Positions 1 to 11,294 of a stretch of DNA of 64,000 nucleotides are shown here, piece after piece (positions within the stretch are counted from its first letter, which is position 1; each line of letters starts with the position of its first letter). The position numbers were made by a program, and so were the translations under genes. The notes below the pieces were generated by a model. That model did not search any database and was not told the origin of the DNA. It saw only the letters and a program-made list of their open reading frames with translations. This DNA is from an uncultured Acidiferrobacteraceae bacterium (GTDB lineage: Bacteria; Pseudomonadota; Gammaproteobacteria; Acidiferrobacterales; SZUA-150): assembly GCA_913009895.1 (NCBI GenBank), contig CAJVXY010000005.1:2026-66025 (forward strand). Reading direction: 5' to 3'.

Positions 1-1292
1 ATTATGGATTTACTGTCCTCAGGGCTATGCTCTTTTTCAATAAGTGCTGCATCAACAAAAGAATCAAAACCATCAACACCCACTTCCAGGCTTCGTAACG
101 CCTTTTGTAATGATTCCTGGAAGGTCCTGCCGATGGCCATGGCCTCACCGACTGATTTCATTTGCGTCGTTAAAACCGGGTCGGCCTTGGGAAATTTTTC
201 AAATGTAAATCTCGGAATCTTGGTCACCACGTAATCTATGGTTGGCTCAAATGAAGCGGGTGTCACGCCACCAGTAATATCATTTTTTAATTCATCCAGG
301 GTAAAACCCACTGCCAGTTTGGCGGCCACTTTAGCAATCGGAAAACCGGTCGCCTTGGAGGCCAAAGCCGAACTACGAGAAACCCGCGGATTCATTTCGA
401 TAACAATCATACGACCATCTTCAGGGTTGATGGCAAATTGAACATTGGAACCACCGGTGTCGACACCAATCTCGCGCAATACCGCAATACTGGCATTGCG
501 CATTATCTGGTATTCCTTGTCAGTCAGGGTTTGTGCCGGTGCAACAGTAATCGAGTCGCCCGTATGCACGCCCATGGGATCCAGGTTTTCAATTGAACAA
601 ATAATAATGCAGTTGTCCTGGTGATCGCGGACCACTTCCATTTCATACTCTTTCCAGCCCGCGATTGATTCTTCGATCAGTAGCTCGCTGGTAGGCGAAG
701 CATCCAGGCCGCGTTCACAAATTTCTGTGAATTCTTCGCGGTTGTAGGCCGCGCCACCGCCACTACCGCCCATGGTAAACGAGGGCCTGATAATGACCGG
801 GAATCCCAGTGCCGCCTGCACCTGGTGGGCCTCTTCAATACTATGGGCAATGGCACCCCGTGGTGTTTCCAGGCCAATCTTGTGCATCGCTTTGGCAAAC
901 TGCTCGCGATCTTCGGCCTTGTCGATGGCCTCTTTTGTCGCGCCAATTAACTGGACATTAAATTTTTCGAGCACACCATGTCGATCAAGGTCGAGTGCGC
1001 AATTGAGGCCAGTCTGGCCACCCATGGTTGGTAATAACGCATCGGGACGTTCTTTTTCAATAATCTTGCTGACATTACGCCAGTCAACGGGTTCGATGTA
1101 AGTGGCATCAGCCGTTTCCGGGTCGGTCATAATCGTGGCCGGGTTGGAATTGACCAATACCACACGATAACCTTCTTCCTTAAGTGCCTTACAAGCCTGG
1201 GCGCCGGAATAATCAAACTCACAGGCCTGGCCGATGACAATCGGACCGGCACCTATAATAAGTATACTTTTTATGTCAGTACGTTTTGGCAT
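1..1292 (-). CDS. carB: carbamoyl-phosphate synthase large subunit, N-terminal ~430 codons; the 3' end lies beyond the window start
   Basis: Absent from the ORF track because it runs off the edge. The reverse complement from the ATG at 1292 reads [59 protein letters not shown], almost identical to the E. coli CarB N-terminus, and it lies downstream of carA. Confidence 0.93.
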   Translation of the reverse strand, partial: MPKRTDIKSILIIGAGPIVIGQACEFDYSGAQACKALKEEGYRVVLVNSNPATIMTDPETADATYIEPVDWRNVSKIIEKERPDALLPTMGGQTGLNCALDLDRHGVLEKFNVQLIGATKEAIDKAEDREQFAKAMHKIGLETPRGAIAHSIEEAHQVQAALGFPVIIRPSFTMGGSGGGAAYNREEFTEICERGLDASPTSELLIEESIAGWKEYEMEVVRDHQDNCIIICSIENLDPMGVHTGDSITVAPAQTLTDKEYQIMRNASIAVLREIGVDTGGSNVQFAINPEDGRMIVIEMNPRVSRSSALASKATGFPIAKVAAKLAVGFTLDELKNDITGGVTPASFEPTIDYVVTKIPRFTFEKFPKADPVLTTQMKSVGEAMAIGRTFQESLQKALRSLEVGVDGFDSFVDAALIEKEHSPEDSKSI

Positions 1293-1325
1293 AAGAATCT
1301 AAAATTCAAATATAAAAAATCAATG

Positions 1326-1440
1326 GACAGGATTAACAAGATTGTCAGGATTAAAAAAACCAAATAAAAGTTTTTTGATTCCTCTCTTTCCTTTGTCAGA
1401 ATAAAGCATTCATAATCCTGTTAATCCCGTAAATCCTGTC
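1326..1440. repeat. Inverted repeat in the carA-carB spacer; each 27-nt arm is three 9-mers ending in AGGATT or AAGATT
   Basis: Left arm 1326-1352 is gacaggatt aacaagatt gtcaggatt. The reverse complement of right arm 1414-1440 is gacaggatt tacgggatt aacaggatt. Confidence 0.7.
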
Positions 1441-1468
1441 AAAAAATATTTTTGAAAAATATAAATAA

Positions 1469-2626
1469 TCACTTCTTCATCATTTCAATAAACCTGTCAA
1501 ACATGGGGGCAACATCATGGGGTCCGGGACTGGCTTCCGGGTGACCCTGAAAAGAAAAGGCTGGTACATCAGTACGTGAAACCCCCTGAACCGTGCCATC
1601 AAATAAGGAACGATGGGTGACCTCAAGGTTGCCAGGTATCGAGCTTTCATCAACTGCAAATCCATGATTCTGGCTGGTGATCATGACCTTTTTGGTGCTC
1701 AGGTCCTGCACCGGATGGTTGGCGCCATGATGGCCGAATTTCATTTTCAGGGTTCTGGCACCTGAGGCCAGGGACAACAATTGGTGGCCCAGGCAAATAC
1801 CAAATATGGGAATACCTGATGAAATTATTTGTTGTATGGCTTCAATGGCGTAAGAACAAGGCTCTGGATCGCCCGGGCCATTGGAAAGAAAAACACCGTC
1901 AGGTTTTAGGGCCAGCACATCATTGGCACTGGTGGTCGCTGGCACAACAGTTAATTTACAGCCACGTTGGACCAACATGCGCAGGATATTTCTTTTGACA
2001 CCAAAATCATAAGCAACAACGTGAAAGTCATGGTCCTCAACTGACACGTGTTGCTCAGTATGGCCCTGGTCCAACTGCCAGACGCCTTCGGTCCATTCAT
2101 AAGAAGTTTTGGTGGTCACGTCTTTGGCCAGATCAAGACCTGCCAGTCCCTTCGCCGCACTGGCCATTTCAATTGCCTCGCCCTTGCGGATTCGCTCCCC
2201 CTTGGCGGCAGAAATTATACAGCCACGCTGGGCGCCTTTTTCTCTCAGTAATCGCGTCAGACGACGAGTGTCGATATCGGCAATGGCCACCACCTGGTGT
2301 TTCTGGAGAAATTCTGGCAAGGATTCTGTTGCCCGCCAGTTGCTTTGTAACAGTGGCAAGTCCCTGATTACGAGCCCTGCAGCGTGGACTTTTTCCGACT
2401 CCATATCTTCCAGGTTAGTGCCGGTATTACCAATATGCGGGTAAGTCAGGGTCACTATCTGGCGGGCATAGGAGGGATCGGTCAGGATTTCCTGGTAGCC
2501 GGTCATGGCGGTATTGAACACCACCTCGCCTGTCGAATGACCAGAAACGCCAACCGCGGTCCCGGGAAACAGGGAACCATCTTCAAGGGCGAGCAATGCT
2601 GGCTGGGACAACCGGTAAACCCCCAA
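1469..2626 (-). CDS. carA: carbamoyl-phosphate synthase small (glutamine amidotransferase) subunit; the true start is probably the TTG at 2611
   Basis: The 385-aa ORF has CarA motifs ([30 protein letters not shown]). Aligned to E. coli (LIKSALLVLEDG), the start falls at (L)[13 protein letters not shown]. coli carA also uses a UUG start. Confidence 0.95.
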   Translation of the reverse strand: MGVYRLSQPALLALEDGSLFPGTAVGVSGHSTGEVVFNTAMTGYQEILTDPSYARQIVTLTYPHIGNTGTNLEDMESEKVHAAGLVIRDLPLLQSNWRATESLPEFLQKHQVVAIADIDTRRLTRLLREKGAQRGCIISAAKGERIRKGEAIEMASAAKGLAGLDLAKDVTTKTSYEWTEGVWQLDQGHTEQHVSVEDHDFHVVAYDFGVKRNILRMLVQRGCKLTVVPATTSANDVLALKPDGVFLSNGPGDPEPCSYAIEAIQQIISSGIPIFGICLGHQLLSLASGARTLKMKFGHHGANHPVQDLSTKKVMITSQNHGFAVDESSIPGNLEVTHRSLFDGTVQGVSRTDVPAFSFQGHPEASPGPHDVAPMFDRFIEMMKK

Positions 2627-2639
2627 TATTCAGACATAC

Positions 2640-2673
2640 AAAAACGGAAGAGGCCCTGGCTTCTCCCGTTTTT
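2640..2673. terminator. Strong hairpin flanked by A5 and T5 (bidirectional terminator-like), about 30 nt upstream of carA
   Basis: aaaaacggaagaggccctggcttctcccgttttt has about 14 pairs (one mismatch, one G-U) around a 4-nt loop. Confidence 0.55.
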
Positions 2674-2888
2674 AGTATATTATTCAATAACTTATGGGCT
2701 ATGATGACAGCCCTGCTGGGGCAGCATATTACGACAGACATCGAGTAAAATCAATTGTAGCTTTGCAGGCTAGCGAGCAAGGAATGAGTTTTATTTATTG
2801 TGGCCTACTACTAAACCTCAGGAAAGTCTTTCCTTGCTAAGCTATAATAGAACCTACATGGAACGAGCATAAATCGAGGTCATAACAG

Positions 2889-3071
2889 ATGGCTACAACC
2901 AAAGAAACTGCCAAACAACTCATCGACCACCTGCCAGACGAGGCTTCCTGGGACGACATTATGTACGAGCTGTATGTGAAGCAAAAAATTGAGTCTGGAC
3001 TGAAGGCTGTTGAAGAGGGCCGCACGATTCCTCACGAAGAAGTAAAAGCCCGAATGCTTGCTAAACGATAA
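2889..3071 (+). CDS. Type II antitoxin partnered with the ParE/RelE-family toxin
   Basis: 60-aa ORF ending 5 nt before the toxin gene. The C-terminal EEGRTIPHEEVKARMLAK segment is typical of small antitoxins found upstream of ParE-like toxins. Confidence 0.7.
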   Translation: MATTKETAKQLIDHLPDEASWDDIMYELYVKQKIESGLKAVEEGRTIPHEEVKARMLAKR

Positions 3072-3076
3072 TCTCG

Positions 3077-3385
3077 ATGAAGATAGAGTGGACGGAACCC
3101 TCTGAAAATGATCTCGGCGAAATTTATGATTACATAGCCCGTGACGCTCCCTATTATGCAGAACAATTTATCGATCGAATTATCGATGCCACAGGTAAAT
3201 TAGAAGACCATCCCAAAATCGGACGCCAGGTACCGGAAGCCAATCTGGACAATGTACGAGAATTAATTTTTCAGAACTACCGGATCATCTACCTCATCAA
3301 ACATAAAGTTATTTATATCATCACTGTTATCCACGACAGCCGGGATCTCAATCTAATGGAGATTAAACCCTGGCATGATAAATAA
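3077..3385 (+). CDS. Type II toxin, RelE/ParE (plasmid stabilisation) family
   Basis: 102 aa. It shows the ParE-like pattern MKIEWTEPSENDLGEIYDYIARDAPYYAEQFIDRI...HPKIGRQVPE...RELIFQNYRIIYLI. Confidence 0.8.
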   Translation: MKIEWTEPSENDLGEIYDYIARDAPYYAEQFIDRIIDATGKLEDHPKIGRQVPEANLDNVRELIFQNYRIIYLIKHKVIYIITVIHDSRDLNLMEIKPWHDK

Positions 3386-3449
3386 AACTTAATTCCGTTA
3401 TCTAACCAGAGCATTAAAAATGGGTCGTATTGAGCACAGATTCTAATAA

Positions 3450-3602
3450 CACTGACTTAAGCCCAATAAGTCTTTTTTTGTAGGTTGGACTGAGGAACGA
3501 AGTCCAACAGTGGCGCTTTATTTAACACTTGCGTTGGACTTCGTTCCTCAGTCCAACCTACGGAAAACCATGTTTAAACCGGATATCAGGCTTAAGTCAG
3601 TG
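3450..3602. mobile_element. Palindromic MITE-like element, copy 1 (153 bp)
   Basis: Outer inverted repeat is cactgacttaagcc/ggcttaagtcagtg. A perfect 29-bp inner inverted repeat (3480-3508 and 3533-3561) encloses a 24-nt loop. A second copy lies at 24573-24724. Confidence 0.8.
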
Positions 3603-3742
3603 CTATTCAGCACAGGCTCCTTTTTTTATAGTTTTTTAGCAGAATTAGAAAAAATGTAACGTGTGCCGTGCGCATAGTGCACGCTACGCTTGCTAATAAT
3701 ATTCTCAGGATTTAATGGTAGAGAGAATCATTTTATTTATTT

Positions 3743-4129
3743 TTAAATATTTCTATTTTTTAATATAATTGGATTCAAATAAAAACTCTGTAACAAAATA
3801 GACCCGGCAAATAAAAAATGAATTAACTCGGGCAAACCAAACCCAATGCTGCTGTTTTCCGGATCCAGGCCAAAATTTAATACAGGCATTAAAACACTAA
3901 GCATTAATAAAAATATATTTATAGAGCTTTCAATTAGTGAAAATAATGCGCCTACTGTAATATTTTTAAAAACTATAAAGCTGGCGATAAAAACTACAAG
4001 GTAATATAAATATAACCAGTAATCGTTTGCGCCGGGAATTGATAACCTTAAATTAATATCGAAAAAATAATACAGGATAAAAAAAACAGGTGTGGCTAAG
4101 TAATAAATCTGTAATAACTTAAAATTCAT
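3743..4129 (-). CDS. Hypothetical polytopic membrane protein, strongly AT-rich
   Basis: 128-aa ORF with about four hydrophobic segments. Its composition differs visibly from the flanking core genes, and no family was recognised. Confidence 0.5.
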   Translation of the reverse strand: MNFKLLQIYYLATPVFFILYYFFDINLRLSIPGANDYWLYLYYLVVFIASFIVFKNITVGALFSLIESSINIFLLMLSVLMPVLNFGLDPENSSIGFGLPELIHFLFAGSILLQSFYLNPIILKNRNI

Positions 4130-4302
4130 TTATATGTTCGCGCCTCCTGATTACATCTGGTCAAAAGAGCCGTGAACAATATAAACTGCTGTTAGCCTGG
4201 CCCCGTTTTTTTAAACTCAAGACAATAATGTATCAGGGTTCTTGTTAAAGACAGTGCCCATAACCTGGGCTGAGCCGCAATATCAAGGCAACAAACCCGG
4301 GC

Positions 4303-5103
<801 letters not shown>

Positions 5104-5303
5104 CTAAATTGCCCAAAACCCGTTATGCCTAAAATATACTATTCAGGATCAACCCACGAATGAAGATTATTCGAAAAACCAAAGAATATGAGGTCTGACA
5201 ACAATAAACAAGCCGGACACCGGGTCGGGTCGCCAAGACCTTTATGCGGGTACCAATTCATGTAAAATGGAATTCTGTTTTATGTATAAGGTGTGGCGAA
5301 ATA

Positions 5304-6023
5304 ATGGATGTACTGACTGCCTATTTTGAATGGAAGCCCTATTACAATGAGATTCTCGTTCATTTGCTGGTCGCTACCCTGGTAGGCGGGCTGATTGGCC
5401 TTGAGCGCACCATGCATGGCAGGCCTGCCGGTTTTCGCACCCATACCCTGGTCTGTCTTTCCTCTAGCCTGCTGATGTTACTGACTATTTATCAGGTGCA
5501 ACTACTGCCCCAAATACCCATTGAGACTATTCGCATTGACCCTACACGCATGGGCCAGGGAATTATGACAGGCATTGGTTTTCTCGGTGCCGGGGTGATT
5601 ATGAAAGAAGGGATAACCGTGAGGGGTTTAACCACTGCCGCCTCTATCTGGATAACCGCTGCGATTGGTATTTTAATTGGTGTCGGTTTTTATTTTGCTG
5701 CGTTTGCCTCAACCATACTGACCCTGGGAGCGCTATCACTATTCCGCGCCATTGAATCTTTCATTCCCTCTACTTGTTACGGGCGGTTAAATGTCAGGAG
5801 TTTAAAAAATGATTCAATTAGTGAAGCCCAATTATGCGACCTGGTGGAAACTCATGCCTTCCACTTTTCAAGTGCCAGCTACAGAATGCTGGATGACGGG
5901 AAGTACCTGGAATACCGGCTAACGTTGCGGACGCGAGACAAGAAAAATTTCGGCTTATTGGCTGGTGACCTGGCGACTACTGATCGAATTGTTGAATTCA
6001 GCTTATCACCAATTGGTGATTAA
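5304..6023 (+). CDS. MgtC/SapB family membrane protein
   Basis: The ORF track starts at 5244, but family-typical sequence begins at M21 (ATG 5304): LVATLVGGLIGLERTMHGRPAGFRTHTLVCL...GIGFLGAGVI. Confidence 0.8.
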   Translation: MDVLTAYFEWKPYYNEILVHLLVATLVGGLIGLERTMHGRPAGFRTHTLVCLSSSLLMLLTIYQVQLLPQIPIETIRIDPTRMGQGIMTGIGFLGAGVIMKEGITVRGLTTAASIWITAAIGILIGVGFYFAAFASTILTLGALSLFRAIESFIPSTCYGRLNVRSLKNDSISEAQLCDLVETHAFHFSSASYRMLDDGKYLEYRLTLRTRDKKNFGLLAGDLATTDRIVEFSLSPIGD

Positions 6024-6036
6024 AAAAATTACCGGG

Positions 6037-7173
6037 TTATTTAAAGAATTGTTTGACCGCACCCAACCATGAGTGTTCCCTGGGGTGATGACGGGAACTA
6101 CCCTCGCGTGTTAACTCGTTAAATTCCTTTAACAGTTCTTTTTGTTTTCCTGTTAATTTAACCGGTGTTTCAATGCTTACCTTGCAGTAAAGGTCACCAA
6201 CATGGCCGTTACGGACATTACGCACACCTTTGCCCTTTAGTCTGAATAATTTTTCACTTTGGGTACCGGCAGGGATTTTTAATTTTGCTTTGCCATCCAG
6301 CGTCGGAATTTCCAGTTCCCCGCCCAGGGCCGCCATTGAAAAATCAATTGGCATATCAAAATGCAAGTCATCGCTATCTCTCTGGAAAATAGCATGTGGC
6401 TTTAGGCCAATCTGAACATACAGGTCACCGGCAGGTCCACCACGTTCACCAGCCTCGCCTTCACCTGCTAACCGAATCTGATCACCCTCATCAACGCCCG
6501 CGGGCACCTTGACTGATAAAGTTTTACTATGCCGTACGCGTCCTTTGCCGAGACAGTCACCACAGGGACTTGAAATGATCTTGCCTGTGCCCTGGCATTT
6601 GGGGCAACTTTGCTGGATTGAGAAAAAGCCCTGTTGCATCCGCACCTGGCCATGGCCGCCACAAGTCTGACAGGTCGTAGGGGAAGTTCCTTTCCTGGCA
6701 CCACTGCCATCGCAAGTTTTGCAGGTTGCCAGGGCTGGCACACGAATCTTTACTTCCGTGCCAAGTACCGCATCTTCCAGGTTCAACTCAAGGTTATATC
6801 GAAGATCGGCACCTCGATATACCTTCTGGCCACCTGCTCGACCACCACCAAACCCATCGCCAAACACATCACCAAAAATGTCGGCGAATCCAGCGCCGTG
6901 AAAACCACCAGCCCCGGCACCGCCTGCACCCATGGATGGATCAACACCTGCATGGCCAAACTGGTCGTAAGCCGCACGTTTTTGCGGATCGCTTAATATT
7001 TCATAGGCTTCTTTGGCCTGTTTAAATTTGCGATCTGCTTCCTTGTTATCAGGATTTCGATCTGGATGCCATTTCATGGCATGCCGCCGATAGGCCTTTT
7101 TAATCTCGGCCTCGGATGCATTGCGCTCAACATCCAGCGCTTGGTAATAATCCTGTTTAGACATAGTATCCAT
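6037..7173 (-). CDS. dnaJ: Molecular chaperone DnaJ (start may be the second in-frame ATG at 7164, MSKQDYY)
   Basis: J-domain with HPDRNP, a G/F-rich linker, and four CxxCxGxG zinc-finger repeats ([32 protein letters not shown]). Confidence 0.97.
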   Translation of the reverse strand: MDTMSKQDYYQALDVERNASEAEIKKAYRRHAMKWHPDRNPDNKEADRKFKQAKEAYEILSDPQKRAAYDQFGHAGVDPSMGAGGAGAGGFHGAGFADIFGDVFGDGFGGGRAGGQKVYRGADLRYNLELNLEDAVLGTEVKIRVPALATCKTCDGSGARKGTSPTTCQTCGGHGQVRMQQGFFSIQQSCPKCQGTGKIISSPCGDCLGKGRVRHSKTLSVKVPAGVDEGDQIRLAGEGEAGERGGPAGDLYVQIGLKPHAIFQRDSDDLHFDMPIDFSMAALGGELEIPTLDGKAKLKIPAGTQSEKLFRLKGKGVRNVRNGHVGDLYCKVSIETPVKLTGKQKELLKEFNELTREGSSRHHPREHSWLGAVKQFFK

Positions 7174-7203
7174 TTTAAGTATTTTTTAATTAACGCAAAA
7201 GCA

Positions 7204-7228
7204 CGGCAGGTAAAAAATCTCCCTGCCG
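7204..7228 (-). other. dnaK-dnaJ intergenic hairpin
   Basis: cggcagg(11-nt loop)cctgccg, a 7-bp stem. It could act as a partial attenuator or processing site. Confidence 0.35.
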
Positions 7229-7256
7229 CGCCCTGCTTAACAAATCCTGCTGAATA

Positions 7257-9203
7257 TTACTTCTTGTCCTTTTCGTCCTCGACTTCCTCAAATTCAGCGT
7301 CTACAACATTGTCATCTTTTTTGCTTTCATCAGCGCCTGCTGACTCAGCCTGGGCACCGGCAGTATCGCCACCGGCCTGGGTATTGGACTCGGCATACAT
7401 TTGCTCGGCCATCTTATGACTGGCTTCAGTCAGCGCCTGGGTTTTAGCTTCTATAGCTTCTTTGTCGTCACCCTTAAGCGCTTCTTCAAGCTCCTTGATC
7501 GCGGCATCAATTTTTTCTTTCTCCGCGCTATCAAGTTTATCGCCCATCTCATCCATGGATTTTTTGATGCTATGGATCATGCCATCGGCCTGGTTCCTGG
7601 CATCAATCATCTCACGAACAATGCGATCTTCTTCGGCATGGCTCTCGGCGTCATGGACCATGCTGTTGATCTCGTCGTCAGATAATCCTGAGCTGGACTT
7701 AATAACAATTTTGTTTTCTTTGCCTGTAGCCTTGTCCTTCGCCGAAACATGCATAATACCGTTGGCATCAATATCAAAGCTGACCTCGATCTGGGGTACT
7801 CCCCGGGGCGCAGGTGGAATATCGGATAAATCAAATCGACCAAGAGATTTATTGCCTGATGCTACTTCCCGCTCACCCTGCAACACATGCACGGTAACGG
7901 CAGACTGGTTATCATCCGCTGTTGAAAAAACCTGTGACGCCTTGGTCGGGATAGTCGTATTTTTTTCGATGAGCTTGGTCATGATCCCGCCCATGGTTTC
8001 TATGCCGAGCGATAACGGTGTCACGTCCAGCAATAAAACATCTTTAACGTCGCCACCCAGGACACCGGCCTGAATCGAAGCACCCGCTGCAACCGCTTCA
8101 TCGGGATTGACATCTTTGCGTGACTCTTTGCCAAAGAAATCTTTAACTGCTTCCTGGACCTTCGGCATCCGGGTCTGGCCGCCAACCAGGATAACATCAT
8201 CAATTTCTGATGCTGCTAAACCCGCATCTTTCAATGCAATTTTACATGGCTCAATGGTGCGAGTTATCAGGTCATCGACCAGTGACTCCATTTTGGCACG
8301 GGTTATTTTAAGATTTAAGTGTTTTGGCCCGCTGGCATCAGCAGTAATGTACGGTAAATTCACATCAGTTTGCTGACTTGTTGATAGCTCAATCTTGGCT
8401 TTCTCGGCAGCTTCTTTTAATCGTTGCAATGCGATTGGGTCAGTATGCAAATCCATACTGTTATCTTTCTTGAATTCATCGGCCAGGTAATCAATCAGGC
8501 GCAGATCAAAATCTTCGCCGCCAAGAAATGTGTCGCCATTGGTTGATAACACTTCGAATTGATGCTCGCCATCCACTTCCGCGATTTCAATAATCGAAAT
8601 ATCAAAAGTACCACCGCCCAGGTCATAGACTGCGACTTTGCGATCACCTTCTTTTTTATCCATACCAAAAGCAAGTGCTGCAGCTGTTGGTTCATTAATG
8701 ATTCGTTTTACATCCAGGCCTGCAATTTTACCTGCATCCTTGGTGGCCTGGCGCTGGGAATCATTAAAATAGGCAGGCACGGTAATAACGGCCTCTGTTA
8801 CCTCTTCGCCTAAATAATCTTCAGCGGTTTTCTTCATTTTTTGCAAGACGCGCGCAGAAATTTCTGGTGGTGCCATTTGTTTCCCATTAATTTCCACCCA
8901 GGCATCACCATTTTTGGCTTTGACGATTTTATATGGCATCAACTTAACGTCTCGTTGCACCACTTCTTCGTCAAACTTTCGGCCAATCAATCGTTTGGTG
9001 GCATACACCGTATTGTGGGGATTGGTGACAGCCTGTCTCTTGGCAGATTGGCCAACAAGCACTTCATCGTCTTCTGTGAAGGCAACAATTGAAGGCGTGG
9101 TTCTGTCGCCCTCGCTATTCTCGATAACACGAGTCTTGCCGCCTTCCATGACAGACACGCAGGAGTTGGTTGTGCCCAGATCGATACCAATTATCTTTCC
9201 CAT
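7257..9203 (-). CDS. dnaK: Molecular chaperone DnaK (Hsp70)
   Basis: 648 aa, [16 protein letters not shown]...DLGGGTFD...[11 protein letters not shown]; full-length Hsp70. Confidence 0.99.
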   Translation of the reverse strand: MGKIIGIDLGTTNSCVSVMEGGKTRVIENSEGDRTTPSIVAFTEDDEVLVGQSAKRQAVTNPHNTVYATKRLIGRKFDEEVVQRDVKLMPYKIVKAKNGDAWVEINGKQMAPPEISARVLQKMKKTAEDYLGEEVTEAVITVPAYFNDSQRQATKDAGKIAGLDVKRIINEPTAAALAFGMDKKEGDRKVAVYDLGGGTFDISIIEIAEVDGEHQFEVLSTNGDTFLGGEDFDLRLIDYLADEFKKDNSMDLHTDPIALQRLKEAAEKAKIELSTSQQTDVNLPYITADASGPKHLNLKITRAKMESLVDDLITRTIEPCKIALKDAGLAASEIDDVILVGGQTRMPKVQEAVKDFFGKESRKDVNPDEAVAAGASIQAGVLGGDVKDVLLLDVTPLSLGIETMGGIMTKLIEKNTTIPTKASQVFSTADDNQSAVTVHVLQGEREVASGNKSLGRFDLSDIPPAPRGVPQIEVSFDIDANGIMHVSAKDKATGKENKIVIKSSSGLSDDEINSMVHDAESHAEEDRIVREMIDARNQADGMIHSIKKSMDEMGDKLDSAEKEKIDAAIKELEEALKGDDKEAIEAKTQALTEASHKMAEQMYAESNTQAGGDTAGAQAESAGADESKKDDNVVDAEFEEVEDEKDKK

Positions 9204-9270
9204 TATTCAAATCCTCTTGAAATCTATAAATTTAATTAAAATCGTTAGTTGCCTGATAGTTATGGTTACG

Positions 9271-9297
9271 AATGGGGCTCATTTGAATGTTTTCAAG
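9271..9297 (-). promoter_or_regulatory. Sigma-32-type heat-shock promoter upstream of dnaK
   Basis: The minus strand reads CTTGAAA-13 nt-CCCCATT. This matches the CTTGAAA-N13/14-CCCCATNT consensus and lies about 70 nt upstream of the dnaK ATG. Confidence 0.7.
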
Positions 9298-9323
9298 GCC
9301 TTGGGCATCGATAACCTGGCTGA

Positions 9324-9998
9324 TCAGGGCGAATTTGTCTCATTTTCGGCTGATTTTTGGTCATTTTCTTTATTCTGTCCATTGCCGCGCCCCTTTGAGA
9401 CGGTAACCATGGCGGGTCGTAACAATCGATCGTTGAGGGTAAAACCCTTCTGGATCACGGTAATTACATGATTGGCAGCCACCTCAGGTGATTCAAGCAT
9501 ACTGATGGCCTGATGCAGATCAGGGTTAAATTTTTCACCTTCAGGGTTTACCATGATTATTTGAAATTTCTCGAAAACTGAATCAATTTGCTTGAGTGTT
9601 AAATCCAGGCCTTCGTGCATTTTTTTCAGGGCTTCCTGGTTGTCTTCCTTAAGGTCAACCGCTCTCGCCAATTCCAGACAATCACGGACTGTTAAGATCT
9701 CGGCAGCAAACCTTTCAACGGCAAATTTTCGGGCATTCTGGACATCATTTTCGGCCCGCCGCCGGACATTCTCTGTTTCCGCCGTGGCCCGTAAAAACTT
9801 GTCTTTAATATCTTCAAGCTCTGCGTTTAACGTTTCCATCTCGGCCGGCAGATCATAACCATTTTCAGCGGTTTGTTCGCCAGAAATCTGATCTCCAGCA
9901 GACTGGCCTTCGGTTGCCTGGCCCGTACCAGTAGATTCGGTGGCCTGTTTTTCTTCATGATCTGAATCTGGCTGTGTCTTGTGTTTCTTTTTGGTCAT
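9324..9998 (-). CDS. grpE: Nucleotide exchange factor GrpE
   Basis: 224 aa with an acidic N-terminus, then RATAETENVRRRAENDV...FAVERFAAEIL...GFTLNDRLLRPAMV. Confidence 0.95.
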   Translation of the reverse strand: MTKKKHKTQPDSDHEEKQATESTGTGQATEGQSAGDQISGEQTAENGYDLPAEMETLNAELEDIKDKFLRATAETENVRRRAENDVQNARKFAVERFAAEILTVRDCLELARAVDLKEDNQEALKKMHEGLDLTLKQIDSVFEKFQIIMVNPEGEKFNPDLHQAISMLESPEVAANHVITVIQKGFTLNDRLLRPAMVTVSKGRGNGQNKENDQKSAENETNSP

Positions 9999-10031
9999 TT
10001 ATCCTGGTTCTCCGGTCAAATATTGCCCATA

Positions 10032-10059
10032 GAGTGGGGTTGAATAGTAAAGTTTCAAG
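10032..10059 (-). promoter_or_regulatory. Sigma-32-type promoter upstream of grpE, abutting the hrcA stop codon
   Basis: The minus strand reads CTTGAAA-13 nt-CCCCACTC. Confidence 0.55.
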
Positions 10060-11100
10060 TTAATCATTGTCGCCACTAAGCGCACCACTAATTAATTTTG
10101 CCGTGATATCCACAATCGGGATGACCCGCTCATAGGACATGCGGGTTGGTCCAATTACGCCCAATGTACCCACTATCCTGTTATCCACCTCGTAAGGTGC
10201 CGTCACGACACTGCAATCTTCAAGGGCCTCGTAACCTGATTCGCGGCCAATGAAAATATTCACACCTTCACAGCGCATACTTTGATCCAGTAAATGCAGT
10301 AAATCCCTTTTAGTACCAAACACATCAAATAATCGCCTCAATGTTTTGACGTCGCCCATATCCGGGATATCCATGAGATTGGACTCACCACTGACGACCA
10401 GTCCTTCATCCCGGGATTCTGCGAATACCTGCTGCGCCATTTCCACAGCGACGCGCATGCTCTTTTGCATGCTTTCACTGTCTCTTTCCATTTCTTTAAG
10501 CAACAGGCGCTTGACCTCGCCCAAGGTCCTGCCAGCGAATTCAGCATTAAAGAAATTAGCCGCCTCGACAAGTTCGGCATCACTGTATTGCCGGCCACTA
10601 TTAAATACACGGTTTTGCACCTGGCCGTCTTTGGCAATTAAAATCACCAGAATGCGTTTAGTCGACAAACGCACGAATTCAATTTGTCTAAAAGCCGAGA
10701 TTTCCTCACGCCTGGGCACGGATACAACTGCCGCTAGCCGGGTCAGCTGGGACAACATAGAAGAGGCATTGGCAATCACGTGTTGCTGATCAATGCCATC
10801 TGTCAGCTCGCCCTGAAGCTGGTTTACCGTAGAGAGATCCATGCGCTCAACACTCAATAAACTATCGACAAATAAACGATATCCTGCCTGGGTTGGTACG
10901 CGACCAGATGACGTGTGGGGTGACCGAATCAGCCCCATATCTTCAAGCTCGGCCATGACGTTACGGATGGTTGCCGGACTTAATTCCAGGCCCGCCTGGG
11001 CAGCCAGGGTGCGTGAACCCACGGGTGTCCCGCCTGATATATATTGCTCAATCAGCGTTTTTAACAGAATCTCTGCCCGTGAATTTAGTGGTGCTGTCAT
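10060..11100 (-). CDS. hrcA: Heat-inducible transcription repressor HrcA
   Basis: The ORF track starts at 11178. The family-typical N-terminus LNSRAEILLKTLIEQYISGGTPVGSRTLA begins at M27 (ATG 11100), which also places the CIRCE operator outside the CDS. Confidence 0.93.
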   Translation of the reverse strand: MTAPLNSRAEILLKTLIEQYISGGTPVGSRTLAAQAGLELSPATIRNVMAELEDMGLIRSPHTSSGRVPTQAGYRLFVDSLLSVERMDLSTVNQLQGELTDGIDQQHVIANASSMLSQLTRLAAVVSVPRREEISAFRQIEFVRLSTKRILVILIAKDGQVQNRVFNSGRQYSDAELVEAANFFNAEFAGRTLGEVKRLLLKEMERDSESMQKSMRVAVEMAQQVFAESRDEGLVVSGESNLMDIPDMGDVKTLRRLFDVFGTKRDLLHLLDQSMRCEGVNIFIGRESGYEALEDCSVVTAPYEVDNRIVGTLGVIGPTRMSYERVIPIVDITAKLISGALSGDND

Positions 11101-11113
11101 GATTTCCCCAGTA

Positions 11114-11140
11114 CTGGCACTCTGTATATAAGAGTGCCAA
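11114..11140. promoter_or_regulatory. CIRCE operator (HrcA binding site)
   Basis: The minus strand reads TTGGCACTC-N9-GAGTGCCAG, against the consensus TTAGCACTC-N9-GAGTGCTAA. It lies 14 nt upstream of the proposed hrcA start. Confidence 0.85.
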
Positions 11141-11143
11141 GGG

Positions 11144-11172
11144 AAGCTAACAATCGCCATACGGGCTGTCAA
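11144..11172 (-). promoter_or_regulatory. Sigma-70-like promoter for hrcA
   Basis: The minus strand has TTGACA, a 17-nt spacer, then TAGCTT, immediately followed by CIRCE. Confidence 0.5.
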
Positions 11173-11294
11173 CTGCAATCCCGAACTGCATCCGATAGTT
11201 ATCCATGAATGGCTTTAAATCTTTAAATCACCCCATAAACACCATTTTATGGAAAGGTGGTGTCAGCGGCGGACAAGCACGGCATAATCACCCC

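Noticed and set aside
7401-9471. Multiple plus-strand ORFs (7462-8073, 8914-9471 and others).
   Set aside because: They are antisense shadows inside dnaK, with Ser/Leu-rich sequences typical of the reverse frames of a highly expressed gene.
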